From the NCBI GenBank assembly GCA_963704725.1, contig OY969934.1:800001-864000 (forward strand): a stretch of DNA of 64,000 bases, in the 5' to 3' direction. Positions 1 through 10,271 of this stretch are shown here, in pieces (within the stretch, counting starts at the first letter, position 1; the number at the start of each line of letters is the position of its first letter). The stretch comes from an uncultured Actinomycetes bacterium (GTDB taxonomy: Bacteria; Actinomycetota; UBA4738; HRBIN12). A program made the translations under genes and the position numbers. The notes below the pieces were generated by a model. That model was not told where the DNA came from, did no database searches, and saw only the letters and a program-made list of their open reading frames with translations.

Positions 1-279
1 AGTACGGCTCGCGAGTACCTGGCGCGTGTCGCGGAGCCGATGATCCTGCGACGGCTCAAGGTCCGGACGATGCTGGAGTACGGCGAACCCGCGGAGGTGA
101 TCGCGCGACTGGCGGGAGAGCTCGGCACCGATCTCGTCGTGATCGCCGCCGGCGACGGGTTCCGCCACCGCATCCCCCGGGGCGATGCCGCGCGGATCCT
201 CCGGCATTGTCCCGTCCCGCTGCTCATCGTCCCCGCCGAGGCCGCCGGGCGCTCCGAGGAAGGTCCTCGACCAGGGTAG
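1..279 (+). CDS. Universal stress protein (USP) domain, 5'-truncated by window edge
   Basis: Frame open from base 1; G-x-P-A-E-V-I ... DLVVIA ... ILRHCPVPLLIVP matches the USP C-terminal signature. Confidence 0.8.
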   Translation, partial: STAREYLARVAEPMILRRLKVRTMLEYGEPAEVIARLAGELGTDLVVIAAGDGFRHRIPRGDAARILRHCPVPLLIVPAEAAGRSEEGPRPG

Positions 280-288
280 GGTTCGGCC

Positions 289-861
289 GTGCGGCTCCGG
301 GCACGCGGTCTCGTCCTCACGCTCGTCATCCTCGGCGCGTGTGGATCCGACGGCGGCCATACGATCGTCTCGCCGAGCGCTCCGTCGGACGTGGCGACGC
401 CGTCGAGCTCGCCGTCGATCACCACAGGGACCACCGTGCAGGACGTGATCGACCTGGGCGGCCAGGAGGTGCTGGGCCTGGCGCTCACCGAGGACGCGGT
501 GTGGGCGATCGCCTATCAGACGGGCACGCTGTCCAGGTCGACCCGTCGAGCGACAAGGTGACGGGCTCGAGCGAGCTCGCTGTGGGCGGTCGACGCGGCC
601 ACCGGTGAGGTCGTCCAGACCGTGCCGCTGGAGGACTCGATGGAGGTCCTCTCGCTGGGGATCGGGTTCGGCGCGATCTGGGTGGGGATCAGGCACCCCG
701 GGTTCATCGGAGCCGTGCTGCGACTCGACCCCGACTCCGGCGCGGTCCTGGACGAGATCGACGACGTGCAGATCCCGGCCAGGATCGAGCTCGGGTTCGG
801 CTCGGTGTGGGTCACCGACTCGGGGAGCAGCTCGCTCTACCGGATCTCGCCCGGCCGCTGA
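289..861 (+). pseudogene. Lipoprotein with YncE/Vgb-like beta-propeller repeats, reading frame disrupted at ~535-580
   Basis: Lipobox ILGAC; repeats AVW...TLSR-VDP, LWAVDAATG, GFGAIWV, GFGSVWV; VDPSSDKVTG lies in another frame and frame 1 has TGA at 559-561. Confidence 0.6.
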
Positions 862-1574
862 GGCAGGCCTCGCGCCAGGGCGAACACCGCGCGGGCGAAC
901 CGTCGCGCGTCAAGAGGTCGGAGCGGGCCGCCGGGCAGCTCGACGACGAACGCGGTCGTGCCTGGGAACCGGTGGTTCTGCCACGAGGTGGCCGTGCCGT
1001 GGAGGCGTCCGAGCTGCACGAGCGGCAGGCCGACCATGCGCGCGAACCGTCGCTGCACCCGGACGTCACCCCCGGATCGGTCGACGAGCGCGAGCGGCTG
1101 GTGGAACCAGATCGTGACATCCGGCCGGATGCGCTCGACGAAACGGACCGCGATGCGGGACTCGCGCTCGGAGAGCGGGCGGCGGCCCGGGTAGTACCGG
1201 CCTCGCGGGCCGGGGCGCCACCGGAACGGGAAGTTCCGATTGAGGTCCACGCCCCGGGCGTTCTGCCGCGTGTGCGCGGCGCGGCCGTCCGGGTTCAGCG
1301 TCTTCACCACCCACAGGTCGAGGAAGCCCCTCGGCCGGCCCCGGACGAGGCGGTCGGCGATCCGGACGCCGGCGCACTCATCGCCGTGGATGCAGCCGAC
1401 GACGAGGACCCGGATCTCGTCGGGGTCGCCGGCATGGAACGCGCGGATCGGTCGCCCCTGGACGGAGGTGCCGAGCAGCTCGCGCTCGCGAACGCGCGGC
1501 GCCGCGCCCGCGCTCGCCGCGGACGCCACGACCGCCACGACGACGAGGAGGGCCGGGGCTCCGCGGAGCCTCAT
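837..1574 (-). CDS. Secreted M14 zinc carboxypeptidase / murein peptide amidase A-like
   Basis: Signal peptide; GTSVQGRPI, IHGDE (HxxE), LNPDG, RQNARGVDLNRNF, FHQ, VELP motifs; ATGA overlap with the upstream gene. Confidence 0.85.
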   Translation of the reverse strand: MRLRGAPALLVVVAVVASAASAGAAPRVRERELLGTSVQGRPIRAFHAGDPDEIRVLVVGCIHGDECAGVRIADRLVRGRPRGFLDLWVVKTLNPDGRAAHTRQNARGVDLNRNFPFRWRPGPRGRYYPGRRPLSERESRIAVRFVERIRPDVTIWFHQPLALVDRSGGDVRVQRRFARMVGLPLVQLGRLHGTATSWQNHRFPGTTAFVVELPGGPLRPLDARRFARAVFALARGLPQRPGEIR

Positions 1575-3499
1575 GCCGACGAGATCAGGAGCGCGAAGGC
1601 GAGCGGCGTGGTCGCGACGAAGTCGATCGCGGGCTCGACGGTCGGCCACGACCGGACGTTGTCCCAGTACCTCGCCCCTCGGCCGTCGAACCGGCCGAAG
1701 GCGTCGCCGCCCCCGGGCGGACAGCGGTTCGCGTCCTCGGGCAGCCCGAGGAACTCGAACTGGTCGACGGAGTTCGTCCCGTTCACCGCGGCGCCCAGGA
1801 GCAGGGGCCCCGTGCCGTCGAGGCCGCCCGACAGGTTGGCGATCTGGTGGTGGATGCACGTCGGGAAGATCGTCCCCGCTCCGACGATCCACGACGTGCC
1901 CCACGCGTTGGCGCCGAGGATCACGTCGAGCTGGTGGCGGCCGAACGACGCGTACGTTGCGTCGCCGGTCAGCCCCTCGTACAGCATCGCGGTGATCGCG
2001 AGTCCCTGGCCGTGCGACGTGCCGTCGTAGGCGGCGTACGGGTAGCCGAACCCGAACGGATCCTGGTCCGCCTGCCGGGCGGCACCGCGGAGCTGACGGA
2101 CGAGGTCGGCGACCAGCTCGTCGCGGTCGACCTCCAACCCGGCGGGCTGGGCGGCGGTCGCGATCGCATCCGCGAGCTCGGCGTGCGCGAGCGCGCCGAC
2201 GTCGTACAGGTTGAGCGTGTCGCCGAGCTCGAACCCGTCGAGGTACGCGCTCGCCCAGTGCGCCGCGAGGTCGAGGTAGTGCCCGGCGTCCGGGTGCGGC
2301 AGGTCCGGGACGGCCGGCGCGATCTCCGTGGCGAAGAAGAGCTCGGTCGCGCCGAGCTCGAGGTCGGAGTGCCACTCGGTCTCCGGGTAGAAGTCGAAGG
2401 GCGAGAACGTGACGAGCCGCCCGGGATCGGTGTCGGCCAGGTCGAACACGTGCTGGCCGGCGAGCAGGCATCGATCCGCCAGCGGGTCGTCGGTGCCTCG
2501 GAAGACCTGCGCGCACAGGCCGAACGCCGCCGCGAGGCGCCCGGCCAGGTTCGGGCTCACGGGCGATCCCGGCCGCCCCGCCCGGAACACGGGACGGTGC
2601 CGGATGAACCGGTAGTAGGGGTTGCGGCCGCCGTAGGTGTCGTCGACCTCCGGCAGGCGCCACAGGTCGTGGTCGCCGGCGAACCCATCCGTCCCGTCGC
2701 CGACGCCCACCTGATACAGGAGCGTGGCGGTCTCGTCGTCCCACATCCGCAGGAGCCAGTCGAGCTCGAACCGGACCTCGTCGGTGAGGTCGGCACTCGA
2801 TCCCGGCCCGAGGAGGTCCGGGTGGTCGCGGAGCGCCACCAGCAGCAGGGCGGCCGCGTAGCTCTCGGTCTGCACGCCCTTGATGTAGTCCCCGGCGTCG
2901 GCCCACCCGCCAGAGACGTCGGCGCGCGCCGCGCCGGGGACCGGGACCGGGTCCCTCGGCACGAGGTCCGGGGTGAAGCGGAGCTCCCGGTAGACCCTGG
3001 CCCGCCGGTCGTTCAGGTGCGAGGGCCGGCGTGCGAGCGCGCCGGCGATCACGTCCGGCCCATCTCGCTGCGCGCGATAGAAGGCGAGCGCGTTCGAAAG
3101 GAGCGGGGCGAACAGATCGCGTGGATCACCGATCGCGAACGGGGGCGAGACCGCCGGCGCGGGTCCGTCGACCTCGATCGTGTACGTGCCGGGAACGGTC
3201 ACGGCGCCGAAGTCGATCGCGTAGACGTTCGGGAACCGAGCGCTCCACCTCCCGAGCCGTTCGCCGATCGCGCCCGACGCCGCGACGGAGCCGCCCTCGG
3301 CCAGGACGGAGAACGTGGCGCCGGTCTCCGCCTCCGACGTGAGCAGGTAGGCGCGCTTGGCGCCCTCGAGCGGATACCCGACCTGGTTCACGCGGACGAA
3401 CGCCCCGGTGCCCCCGGCGCCGGACGGCGCGCCCGCGACCCCCAGGACGAGCGCGAACGCCGTCAGGGCGGCGACGCGCCCGAGGCTCCGGCCGTGCAT
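1571..3499 (-). CDS. Secreted glycoside hydrolase family 9 with N-terminal Ig-like domain
   Basis: VRVNQVGYP Ig domain; DVSGGWADAGDY catalytic motif; LGANAWG; C-terminal EPAIDF; signal peptide. Confidence 0.9.
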   Translation of the reverse strand: MHGRSLGRVAALTAFALVLGVAGAPSGAGGTGAFVRVNQVGYPLEGAKRAYLLTSEAETGATFSVLAEGGSVAASGAIGERLGRWSARFPNVYAIDFGAVTVPGTYTIEVDGPAPAVSPPFAIGDPRDLFAPLLSNALAFYRAQRDGPDVIAGALARRPSHLNDRRARVYRELRFTPDLVPRDPVPVPGAARADVSGGWADAGDYIKGVQTESYAAALLLVALRDHPDLLGPGSSADLTDEVRFELDWLLRMWDDETATLLYQVGVGDGTDGFAGDHDLWRLPEVDDTYGGRNPYYRFIRHRPVFRAGRPGSPVSPNLAGRLAAAFGLCAQVFRGTDDPLADRCLLAGQHVFDLADTDPGRLVTFSPFDFYPETEWHSDLELGATELFFATEIAPAVPDLPHPDAGHYLDLAAHWASAYLDGFELGDTLNLYDVGALAHAELADAIATAAQPAGLEVDRDELVADLVRQLRGAARQADQDPFGFGYPYAAYDGTSHGQGLAITAMLYEGLTGDATYASFGRHQLDVILGANAWGTSWIVGAGTIFPTCIHHQIANLSGGLDGTGPLLLGAAVNGTNSVDQFEFLGLPEDANRCPPGGGDAFGRFDGRGARYWDNVRSWPTVEPAIDFVATTPLAFALLISSA

Positions 3500-3631
3500 G
3501 GATCCACCCCCGATCCCGAAATAGGAAACTTTCTTACCTATTCTCCGTCGGCACCCTATCGCGCCTCGGTCGCGCGGGCAAACCGTGCCCGGGCCCGATC
3601 GCCGGGTTGCCCTGTGGTACAAGAGGAGGCC

Positions 3632-5689
3632 ATGCGGTGGGACCCGAGGGGGCGGTCCGGCCCGCTTCGGCGAGGTCGCGTCGGGATGCTCGCGCTCTCG
3701 CTCGCCCTGCTGGGGTCGCTCGCGACTCCGGCGGCGCGGGCCGCCGGCGGTCAGGGGCAGTTCGTGTTGCGCTGCCTGTACTCGCACACCCTGCCGGACG
3801 ATCCGATCGTGTTCCCCGGCCAGCCGGGCGCGTCGCACTCCCACGACTTCTTCGGCAACGTCACGACGTCGGCGTCGTCGACGATGGACAGCATGCTCGC
3901 GGGAGCCACCACCTGCCGCGTGCCGAGCGACACGGCCGGTTACTGGGCCCCGACCGCGTACCTGAACGGCGTGCCGATCCGGCCGACCGCCATGCGCATC
4001 TACTACCTGGGAACCCTGGGCCCCGGTCCGGAGACCCTCCCGCCCGGCCTGGGGATGGTGGCGGGGAACAAGGAGGCGACCTCGGGAGCCGAGAACCCCC
4101 ACGTCCGGTGGTACTGCGGCGAGACCCGAAACGTGCGAACGCCGCGCGCCACCGTTCCCTACGACTGCTCGTTCTGGGGCGACCAGTACGCGTTCGTCGA
4201 CGGGATCATCGCCATCGTCGACTTCCCGAGCTGCTGGAACGGCTCCGGTCTCACGCCCGCCGACGCGGCGTACCCGTCCGGAGGGAGCTGCCCCGGCGGC
4301 TTCCCCCACGTGCTGCCGCGGATCTCGGAGCGGATCCACTACGGGGTCATGGACCCGCTCAACCCCGACGGGACCATGGCCCTCACGCTGGCGAGCGGCG
4401 AGTACTGGACCTACCACGCGGACTTCTGGAACACGTGGCAGCAGCCCCGCCTGGATCAGCTCGTGCAGGAGTGCCTCGCGGCCAAGGTGCACTGTGGCGC
4501 GGTCGACGCGTCGGGCACGGTCGACTGGACGACCGAGTTCGGCACGCTCCGCTACGACGTCGCGTACGCCACGGCGACCGACGGCACGAGCGTGTACGTC
4601 GCCGGGTTCACGAACTTTTCCCTGCCGGGCCAGCGGTACCACCACCGGTACGACGCGTTCGTCCGCAAGTACGACCGGGACGGCGAGGTGCTCTGGACGC
4701 GGCAGTTCGGCACTTCGGGCACGGATCAGGTCCTGGGGATCGCCGCCGATCCGGACGGCGTCACGGTCGCCGGCTCCACCGACGGCCGGTTCCCGGGGCA
4801 GGAGGCCGGCGGCGGCCTCGACGCGTTCGCCGCGCGGTTCGGCGCGAGCGGCCGGCAGCAGTGGATCCGTCAGTTCGGCACGCGCGCCGACGACCGCGCG
4901 ACCGCCGTGGCCGTCTCGTCCGGCCGGACCTTCGTCGTCGGCGCGACGGGCGGTCCCCTCGGCGCCCGGCAGGGTGGCCCGACCGACGCTTTCGTGGCCG
5001 AGCTCCGGGGTGCCGGCCAGCTGGCCTGGGTCCGCCAGTTCGGCTCGGCGGGGTCGGACCAGGCGAACGGGATCGCGGTCCGTTCGGGACGCGTGTACGC
5101 CGTGGGCTCCACGACCGGCGCGGTCCGAGGGACGTACCTGGGCGGAGCCTCCGACGCGCTGGTCGCCGCGTTCGGCACCAACGGCACGCTGCTGTGGCAG
5201 CGCGCTCTCGGCTCGAGCTCGGCCGACGAGATGTCCGCGGTCGTCGCCCGGGCCGAGGGCCTGTTCGTCGTCGGATCCTCCGACGGCGTTCTCGGCGACC
5301 AGGTGCCGGCCGGCGGGATCGACGCGTTCGTGGCCAAGCTGGATCGGAGCGGGGAGCCGATGTGGTTCCGGCAGTTCGGGTCCGAGGCCGAGGACCACGC
5401 CGTCGCCGTCGCCGCCGACGCCCAGGGGATCTACGTGGCCGGCTCGACCGCCGGCGCGCTCCCCGACGGGGCGCTGCTCGGGGAGTGGGACGGGTTCGTG
5501 CGCAAGTACCTCCCCAACGGGACGCAGATCTGGACGCGGCAGCTCGGGACGGCCGACTTCGACCAGGCCTACGGCGTCTCGGTGGAGCGCACCGGGCTGT
5601 ACCTGGTCGGGACGACCCACGGGGCGTTCGAGGGCCTGTCGAACGCCGGAGACCGCGACGTGTTCGTGGTGCGGGTCGCCTTCTCCTAG
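3632..5689 (+). CDS. Secreted DUF1996-domain protein with C-terminal SBBP-like beta-propeller repeats
   Basis: RBS GAGGAGG; DDPIVFPGQPGASHSHDFFGN, DTAGYWAP, FPSCWNG, HADFWNTW; repeated DAFVxK...WxRQFG. Confidence 0.85.
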   Translation: MRWDPRGRSGPLRRGRVGMLALSLALLGSLATPAARAAGGQGQFVLRCLYSHTLPDDPIVFPGQPGASHSHDFFGNVTTSASSTMDSMLAGATTCRVPSDTAGYWAPTAYLNGVPIRPTAMRIYYLGTLGPGPETLPPGLGMVAGNKEATSGAENPHVRWYCGETRNVRTPRATVPYDCSFWGDQYAFVDGIIAIVDFPSCWNGSGLTPADAAYPSGGSCPGGFPHVLPRISERIHYGVMDPLNPDGTMALTLASGEYWTYHADFWNTWQQPRLDQLVQECLAAKVHCGAVDASGTVDWTTEFGTLRYDVAYATATDGTSVYVAGFTNFSLPGQRYHHRYDAFVRKYDRDGEVLWTRQFGTSGTDQVLGIAADPDGVTVAGSTDGRFPGQEAGGGLDAFAARFGASGRQQWIRQFGTRADDRATAVAVSSGRTFVVGATGGPLGARQGGPTDAFVAELRGAGQLAWVRQFGSAGSDQANGIAVRSGRVYAVGSTTGAVRGTYLGGASDALVAAFGTNGTLLWQRALGSSSADEMSAVVARAEGLFVVGSSDGVLGDQVPAGGIDAFVAKLDRSGEPMWFRQFGSEAEDHAVAVAADAQGIYVAGSTAGALPDGALLGEWDGFVRKYLPNGTQIWTRQLGTADFDQAYGVSVERTGLYLVGTTHGAFEGLSNAGDRDVFVVRVAFS

Positions 5690-5730
5690 GCCCTTCGACG
5701 CTCGCCGCGGGTCGTCGCCCGCGCTAGCGT

Positions 5731-6636
5731 GTGACCGTGCTCGACTCGCTCCTCGCCCTGCTCGTGATCGTGCTCGTCGTCGGGGCGGTCTCGTGGGCCC
5801 TCATGAGCCGACGCGGCGGGGGGACCGGCGCCAAGCGGCGACCGGGGACGTGGCGGCGTCGATCCCCGTGGGTCAAGCGGATCCCGGTGCTGCTCATGGT
5901 CGTGGCCCTGGCCTTCCTGGCCCTGGCCTTCACCCAGTTCCAGTTCCTGCGTTCGAACGCGGCCACGGGAACCGTCGTCCTGACGATGGACGTGTCCGAG
6001 TCGATGAGCCGGACCGACGTCGACCCGAGCCGTCTCGAGGCGGCCGTCGCGGCCGCCCGGGAGTTCCTCCACGGGCTCCCGACCGACCTGCGCGTGGGGC
6101 TCGTCTCGTTCGCCGGCGCGGCGGACGAGGTCGTCGCGCCGACCGAGGACCGGACCGCGGTCGACGGTGCGCTGGGGACGCTCAGCCGGGGCGAGGGCAC
6201 CGTGATCGGCGACGGCCTGTCCACGTCGCTCGACGCCGTCGAGGCCGTGTGGCAGCGGGACGGCGAGGCCCCGGCCGCGGTCGTGCTGTTGTCGGACGGT
6301 CGCGACACGGGGAGCTCGGTGGCCCCGGACGAGGCCGCCGCGCGCGCCGCCCGGCTCGGCGTGAGCGTGTACACCGTCGTGCTCGGCAGGACCGATCCGA
6401 CGGGAGCCGGCGGCGCGAACGCGGAGCTCCTGCGATCCGTGGCCGAGACGACCGGCGGCGCGACCTTCTCCGCGACCTCCGCCGGGGGGCTGCTCGAGGT
6501 CTACCGGACGCTGCAGACGACCCTGTCCACCGAGCTGGCGATCTCCGATTCCGGCGCACTGTTCGTCGCCATCGCGGCGATCTTCGCTCTGGCCGCCACG
6601 ATCTCCACCCTGCTCGCGCTCCGCTCCGAGTACTGA
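5731..6636 (+). CDS. Membrane-anchored VWA domain protein (BatA-like)
   Basis: MIDAS motif DVSESM, T-x-I-G-D-G, LLSDG; N- and C-terminal TM helices. Confidence 0.85.
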   Translation: MTVLDSLLALLVIVLVVGAVSWALMSRRGGGTGAKRRPGTWRRRSPWVKRIPVLLMVVALAFLALAFTQFQFLRSNAATGTVVLTMDVSESMSRTDVDPSRLEAAVAAAREFLHGLPTDLRVGLVSFAGAADEVVAPTEDRTAVDGALGTLSRGEGTVIGDGLSTSLDAVEAVWQRDGEAPAAVVLLSDGRDTGSSVAPDEAAARAARLGVSVYTVVLGRTDPTGAGGANAELLRSVAETTGGATFSATSAGGLLEVYRTLQTTLSTELAISDSGALFVAIAAIFALAATISTLLALRSEY

Positions 6637-6677
6637 GCGGGCCTCGGCTGCCCCGCGCGACGGTATCGTGCGCCTCG

Positions 6678-7376
6678 GTGAGCAGCCGGGCCGTCCCGCA
6701 CCCGATCGAGGCCGTCGTCTTCGACATGGACGGCGTCCTGATCGACTCCGAACCGTTCTGGCGCGAGGTGGAGGTGGAGGTGTTCGGGCCGCTCGGACTC
6801 GACCTCACGCCGGCCATGCTGGCCTCGACCATGGGGATGCGGACGGAGGAGGTCGCCCAGCACTGGTACCGGCACCGGCCGTGGGACGGGCCGTCGCCGG
6901 CCGAGGTCGCCGCCCGCCTCGTCGCGCGGGTGGTCGAGACGGTTCGCCGCCGGGGGGCCATCGCCGAGGGTGCTCGTGAGGCCGTCGACTACCTGGAGGG
7001 CCTGGGCCTGCGCCTCGCCCTCGCCTCCTCCTCGCCGCGGGTGATGATCGAGGCCGTGCTCGAGGTCTGCGGGCTGCTCGGGCGGTTCGAGGTCGTGCAC
7101 TCGGCGCAGGACGAGCGTCTCGGCAAGCCGAACCCGTCCGTCTACCTGACCACCGCCCGCGAGCTGGGCGTTCGGCCCGAGCGGTGCCTCGCCATCGAGG
7201 ACTCGCCGGCCGGGGTTCGCGCGGCGAAGGCGGCGGGGATGGCCTGCCTCGCCGTCCCGGCGCCCGGGGCCGAGGACGCCGTCGCGGCGGGCGGCGCCGA
7301 CCTCGTGCTCGGGTCCCTGACGGACCTCGGCGACCGCATGTGGACCGCCGCGGGCCTGGTGCCGATCGTCGGGTGA
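6678..7376 (+). CDS. HAD-superfamily phosphatase (HxpB/YniC-like)
   Basis: FDMDGVLIDSE, ASSS, GKPNP, EDSPAG motifs. Confidence 0.9.
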   Translation: MSSRAVPHPIEAVVFDMDGVLIDSEPFWREVEVEVFGPLGLDLTPAMLASTMGMRTEEVAQHWYRHRPWDGPSPAEVAARLVARVVETVRRRGAIAEGAREAVDYLEGLGLRLALASSSPRVMIEAVLEVCGLLGRFEVVHSAQDERLGKPNPSVYLTTARELGVRPERCLAIEDSPAGVRAAKAAGMACLAVPAPGAEDAVAAGGADLVLGSLTDLGDRMWTAAGLVPIVG

Positions 7377-7383
7377 GGCCGGA

Positions 7384-7411
7384 CGAGGGCGGCCCGTGTG
7401 GGCCGCCCTCG
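7384..7411. terminator. GC-rich hairpin between convergent genes
   Basis: cgagggcggccc-gtgt-gggccgccctcg, perfect 12-bp stem. Confidence 0.7.
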
Positions 7412-7429
7412 CCTGTCGTGCCGCCGGCC

Positions 7430-9673
7430 TTACGAGCCGCCGGGCTGTGTCACGCCGTTCACCGTGAGCGTGTACGGCGCGTACTGCGTCACCTGTGCGG
7501 TGGCGTCGTGGAACGTGACGATCGCCGACACCACGTCGGCGGTCGTCCCGATCGCGTCGGCGATCGCGCTGCCCGAGAGCGAGCCGTGGAAGCTCGCGTC
7601 GAGCGGGATCGAGAAGATGTGCGCCTCGGTGCTGCCGCTGTCGTACGCGACGAGCTGGACCGAGTAGCCCTCGATCTCGATCGGGTTGAACGCCGTGCCC
7701 GACTGCCAGCCATCGAGCGTGGTGCCGTCGGAGATCACGGTCCCGTCGATCGCGACGTCGTCCGCCCAGAACCCCGCGCCGTGGGTGTTCGAGTCCGAGA
7801 AGTACCGGAACGCCAAGCCCACGGTCTGCCCGGCGTACGCCGACAGGTCGCACATCTCGGGCGTGAACGCCGGGGTGTCGTTGAACCCGTTGAACCCCTG
7901 GCCGAAGCCGGGGCCGACGTTTCCGCCCGTCGCGTCGTCCTGCGTGTCGGTGCATGCGAGGCTGGTGTAGGTGTCGCCGCCGTCGGTGGTGATCTGGACG
8001 TACGCGAAATCGAACGTCGTCTCCAGGTCCCACGCCGCGTCAAACGTGAGCTGCGGCGATCCCGCGGGGATCGTCACGGTCTGCACGATGACGTCGTTAC
8101 GTCCGTCGGCGTCCGTCGAGTACAGAGCGGCATCGCCCGTCCCGAGCGCATCCGGATCGACCTCCCACGTGATCGGGAGCGCCGGGAGCGAGCTCGCCCC
8201 GTCGAACGTGATGTCGCCGACCGCGCCGGCCGACAGGTACGCGCCGCCACCGTCACGGAGCCGGACGTAGTCGCCGCCGTTCGGCGGTGCTCCCGGCGTG
8301 TCGAACGCGTCGTCCGTGTCCCAGTTGATCGAGGCGTGCAGCGTGTCCACCGAGTAGTCCGCCGCGTCGCCGCCCGTGAGCGTGGCCCCGTCGTCCAGGA
8401 CCCCGTCGAGCGCCACCGATGCCTGCCACTTGTCGACGATGTCGGAGATCGTCGTCCCGGGGTCGGCCGCGTCGAGCTGGGCCTGCAGGCCCGCGAACCC
8501 GGTCAGGTCGCTCCGGTGCAGCTCGGTCATGAACGACAGGCCGTACTGGTGGAACAGCCACTGCATCATCGTGAACGCCGCGCCGTAGTCGCAGAGGATC
8601 TCCTGCTCGTGGTCGGCGTTCTGATCACCCCACACGTTGAGGGAGTTCTCCGGGCCTCCCGGTCTGGGGTTGGGGTTGGCGGGGGTCTGGACCCCGTTGA
8701 AGCCGAGGAAGCACTGCGTGTGGCTCTCGAAGTGCACGTCCGTGACCGGCGCCGCCGGGTTGAAGTATCCGGTGATCATGCCGGCGAAGTCGGACAGGCC
8801 CTCGTTGATCCACGTCGTCTCCGACGGGTCCTCGTAGGACTCGAGCAGGTGCTGGTACTCGTGCGCGAAGACGCCCTCGTACAGGAACGGGCGCGCCGGC
8901 GCGCTGGCGCAGTTGTCGCCGGGGACCGGGTCGTCCGGCGGGTTCGCCCCGGTCCGGTGGAGCCAGTCGAAGGCGTCGATCGTCATCACGTTGCGGTTGA
9001 ACAACCCGTTCAGGCCGGAGGAGAAGAACCCCGCGATGTACGAGAACCCCTGCGTGTTGTTGAGGTCGTAGAGGTTGTCGTCCCGAACGTTGTCCACCAG
9101 GATCGCGATGTCGTCGCCGTCACCGGCGTAGTAGCCCGGCGGCAGCCCCAGCGCCGCCGCGAGCGGGGCGTCGACGCCGTTCCGGTTGGGGGCCACGCTG
9201 AAGGCGTCCGCCTCGATCGGGTAGATGTTGTCGTCGAACTGGTTGACGAGGTACTTCGCCTGGGCCAGCGTCACCGTGGTGCGATCGCCGTTGCGGCAAT
9301 CGCCGTCCTGGAAGTTCAGGTCGGTGGTGGTGAGGCCGTTGAAGGTGCGGGTTCCGGTTGCCACCCAGACCTCGCTGTGCTTGCCGCGGGCGAGCAGGGT
9401 GTAATCCTTCGTGTAGAAGCGTCCCGCGACGTCATCCAGCCCGACCCACGTACGGATGTCCCCGACGTGCGGTCGTCCCGCTTTCGGGCCGACGTGGACC
9501 GGCTTCAGGCCCGACGTGACCAGCCTGGCGTTGACGTCGGGACCGATCTCGATCGTGTCTCCCTTCACGGCGCCGATCGCCCCGCTCGGTTTCGCGAGGG
9601 CCGTCCCGGCGAGCGGCACCGTCACCGCCGCTACCATGCACGCGACGAGCGATGCCCTGAGCCACCGCCGCAT
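7430..9673 (-). CDS. Secreted zinc metallopeptidase (immune inhibitor A / M6-M30-like)
   Basis: Signal peptide; HEYQH followed by WINEGLS; C-terminal jelly-roll with DFAYVQITTDGG and FRYFSD. Confidence 0.8.
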   Translation of the reverse strand: MRRWLRASLVACMVAAVTVPLAGTALAKPSGAIGAVKGDTIEIGPDVNARLVTSGLKPVHVGPKAGRPHVGDIRTWVGLDDVAGRFYTKDYTLLARGKHSEVWVATGTRTFNGLTTTDLNFQDGDCRNGDRTTVTLAQAKYLVNQFDDNIYPIEADAFSVAPNRNGVDAPLAAALGLPPGYYAGDGDDIAILVDNVRDDNLYDLNNTQGFSYIAGFFSSGLNGLFNRNVMTIDAFDWLHRTGANPPDDPVPGDNCASAPARPFLYEGVFAHEYQHLLESYEDPSETTWINEGLSDFAGMITGYFNPAAPVTDVHFESHTQCFLGFNGVQTPANPNPRPGGPENSLNVWGDQNADHEQEILCDYGAAFTMMQWLFHQYGLSFMTELHRSDLTGFAGLQAQLDAADPGTTISDIVDKWQASVALDGVLDDGATLTGGDAADYSVDTLHASINWDTDDAFDTPGAPPNGGDYVRLRDGGGAYLSAGAVGDITFDGASSLPALPITWEVDPDALGTGDAALYSTDADGRNDVIVQTVTIPAGSPQLTFDAAWDLETTFDFAYVQITTDGGDTYTSLACTDTQDDATGGNVGPGFGQGFNGFNDTPAFTPEMCDLSAYAGQTVGLAFRYFSDSNTHGAGFWADDVAIDGTVISDGTTLDGWQSGTAFNPIEIEGYSVQLVAYDSGSTEAHIFSIPLDASFHGSLSGSAIADAIGTTADVVSAIVTFHDATAQVTQYAPYTLTVNGVTQPGGS

Positions 9674-9795
9674 AGAACCTCCCTTCGATCGTGCCTCCAC
9701 GAGCGGAGGACACCTGGACCCGGCCGCACGGCCCCTGCTCCGAGCGGGCGCGTGATCTCGCGCCGCTCAACCCTAGTGGGGTGCTTTCGCCCCGG

Positions 9796-10218
9796 TCAAT
9801 CCAAGGGGTCCTCGCCCGAGAGCCACGCGCGGAGCTCGTCGGGCATGCGGCGGACCTGGAGGCGGCCGTCGTCCAATCGGGCCACGACGCGGAGCTCGAA
9901 GCCGGTCGCCACGGTCTTCCCGGCGCGCTCGGCGAGGTGCTCGACGCGGAGCGAACGCGAGCGGACCTCGCCGACCGAGGCGGTGAGCACGAGCTCGTCG
10001 TCGGCGAACACGGGCGCGAGGAACCTCGCGCCGCACTCGGCGATCGGCACCGAGATCCCGTCCTCGCGCAGGCGCGTCATGAGGCTCCGCCCCGAGGACG
10101 CGAACAGCTCGTGCGTGGCGTGGTCGAACCACGCCAGGTACGTCGGGTAGAACACGATCCCCATCGGATCGGTCTCGCCCCATCGGACGCGGATCGACGT
10201 CCGCGCGCTGCGGGTCAC
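9796..10218 (-). CDS. Acyl-CoA thioesterase (YbgC/4HBT hot-dog family)
   Basis: IRVRWGETDPMGIVFYPTYLAWFD motif. Confidence 0.85.
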   Translation of the reverse strand: MTRSARTSIRVRWGETDPMGIVFYPTYLAWFDHATHELFASSGRSLMTRLREDGISVPIAECGARFLAPVFADDELVLTASVGEVRSRSLRVEHLAERAGKTVATGFELRVVARLDDGRLQVRRMPDELRAWLSGEDPLD

Positions 10219-10271
10219 GGCGAGGCAAGCGTGCCCCGAGGCCCCTCCCCGGCGCAAGCCGGGACCTACAC

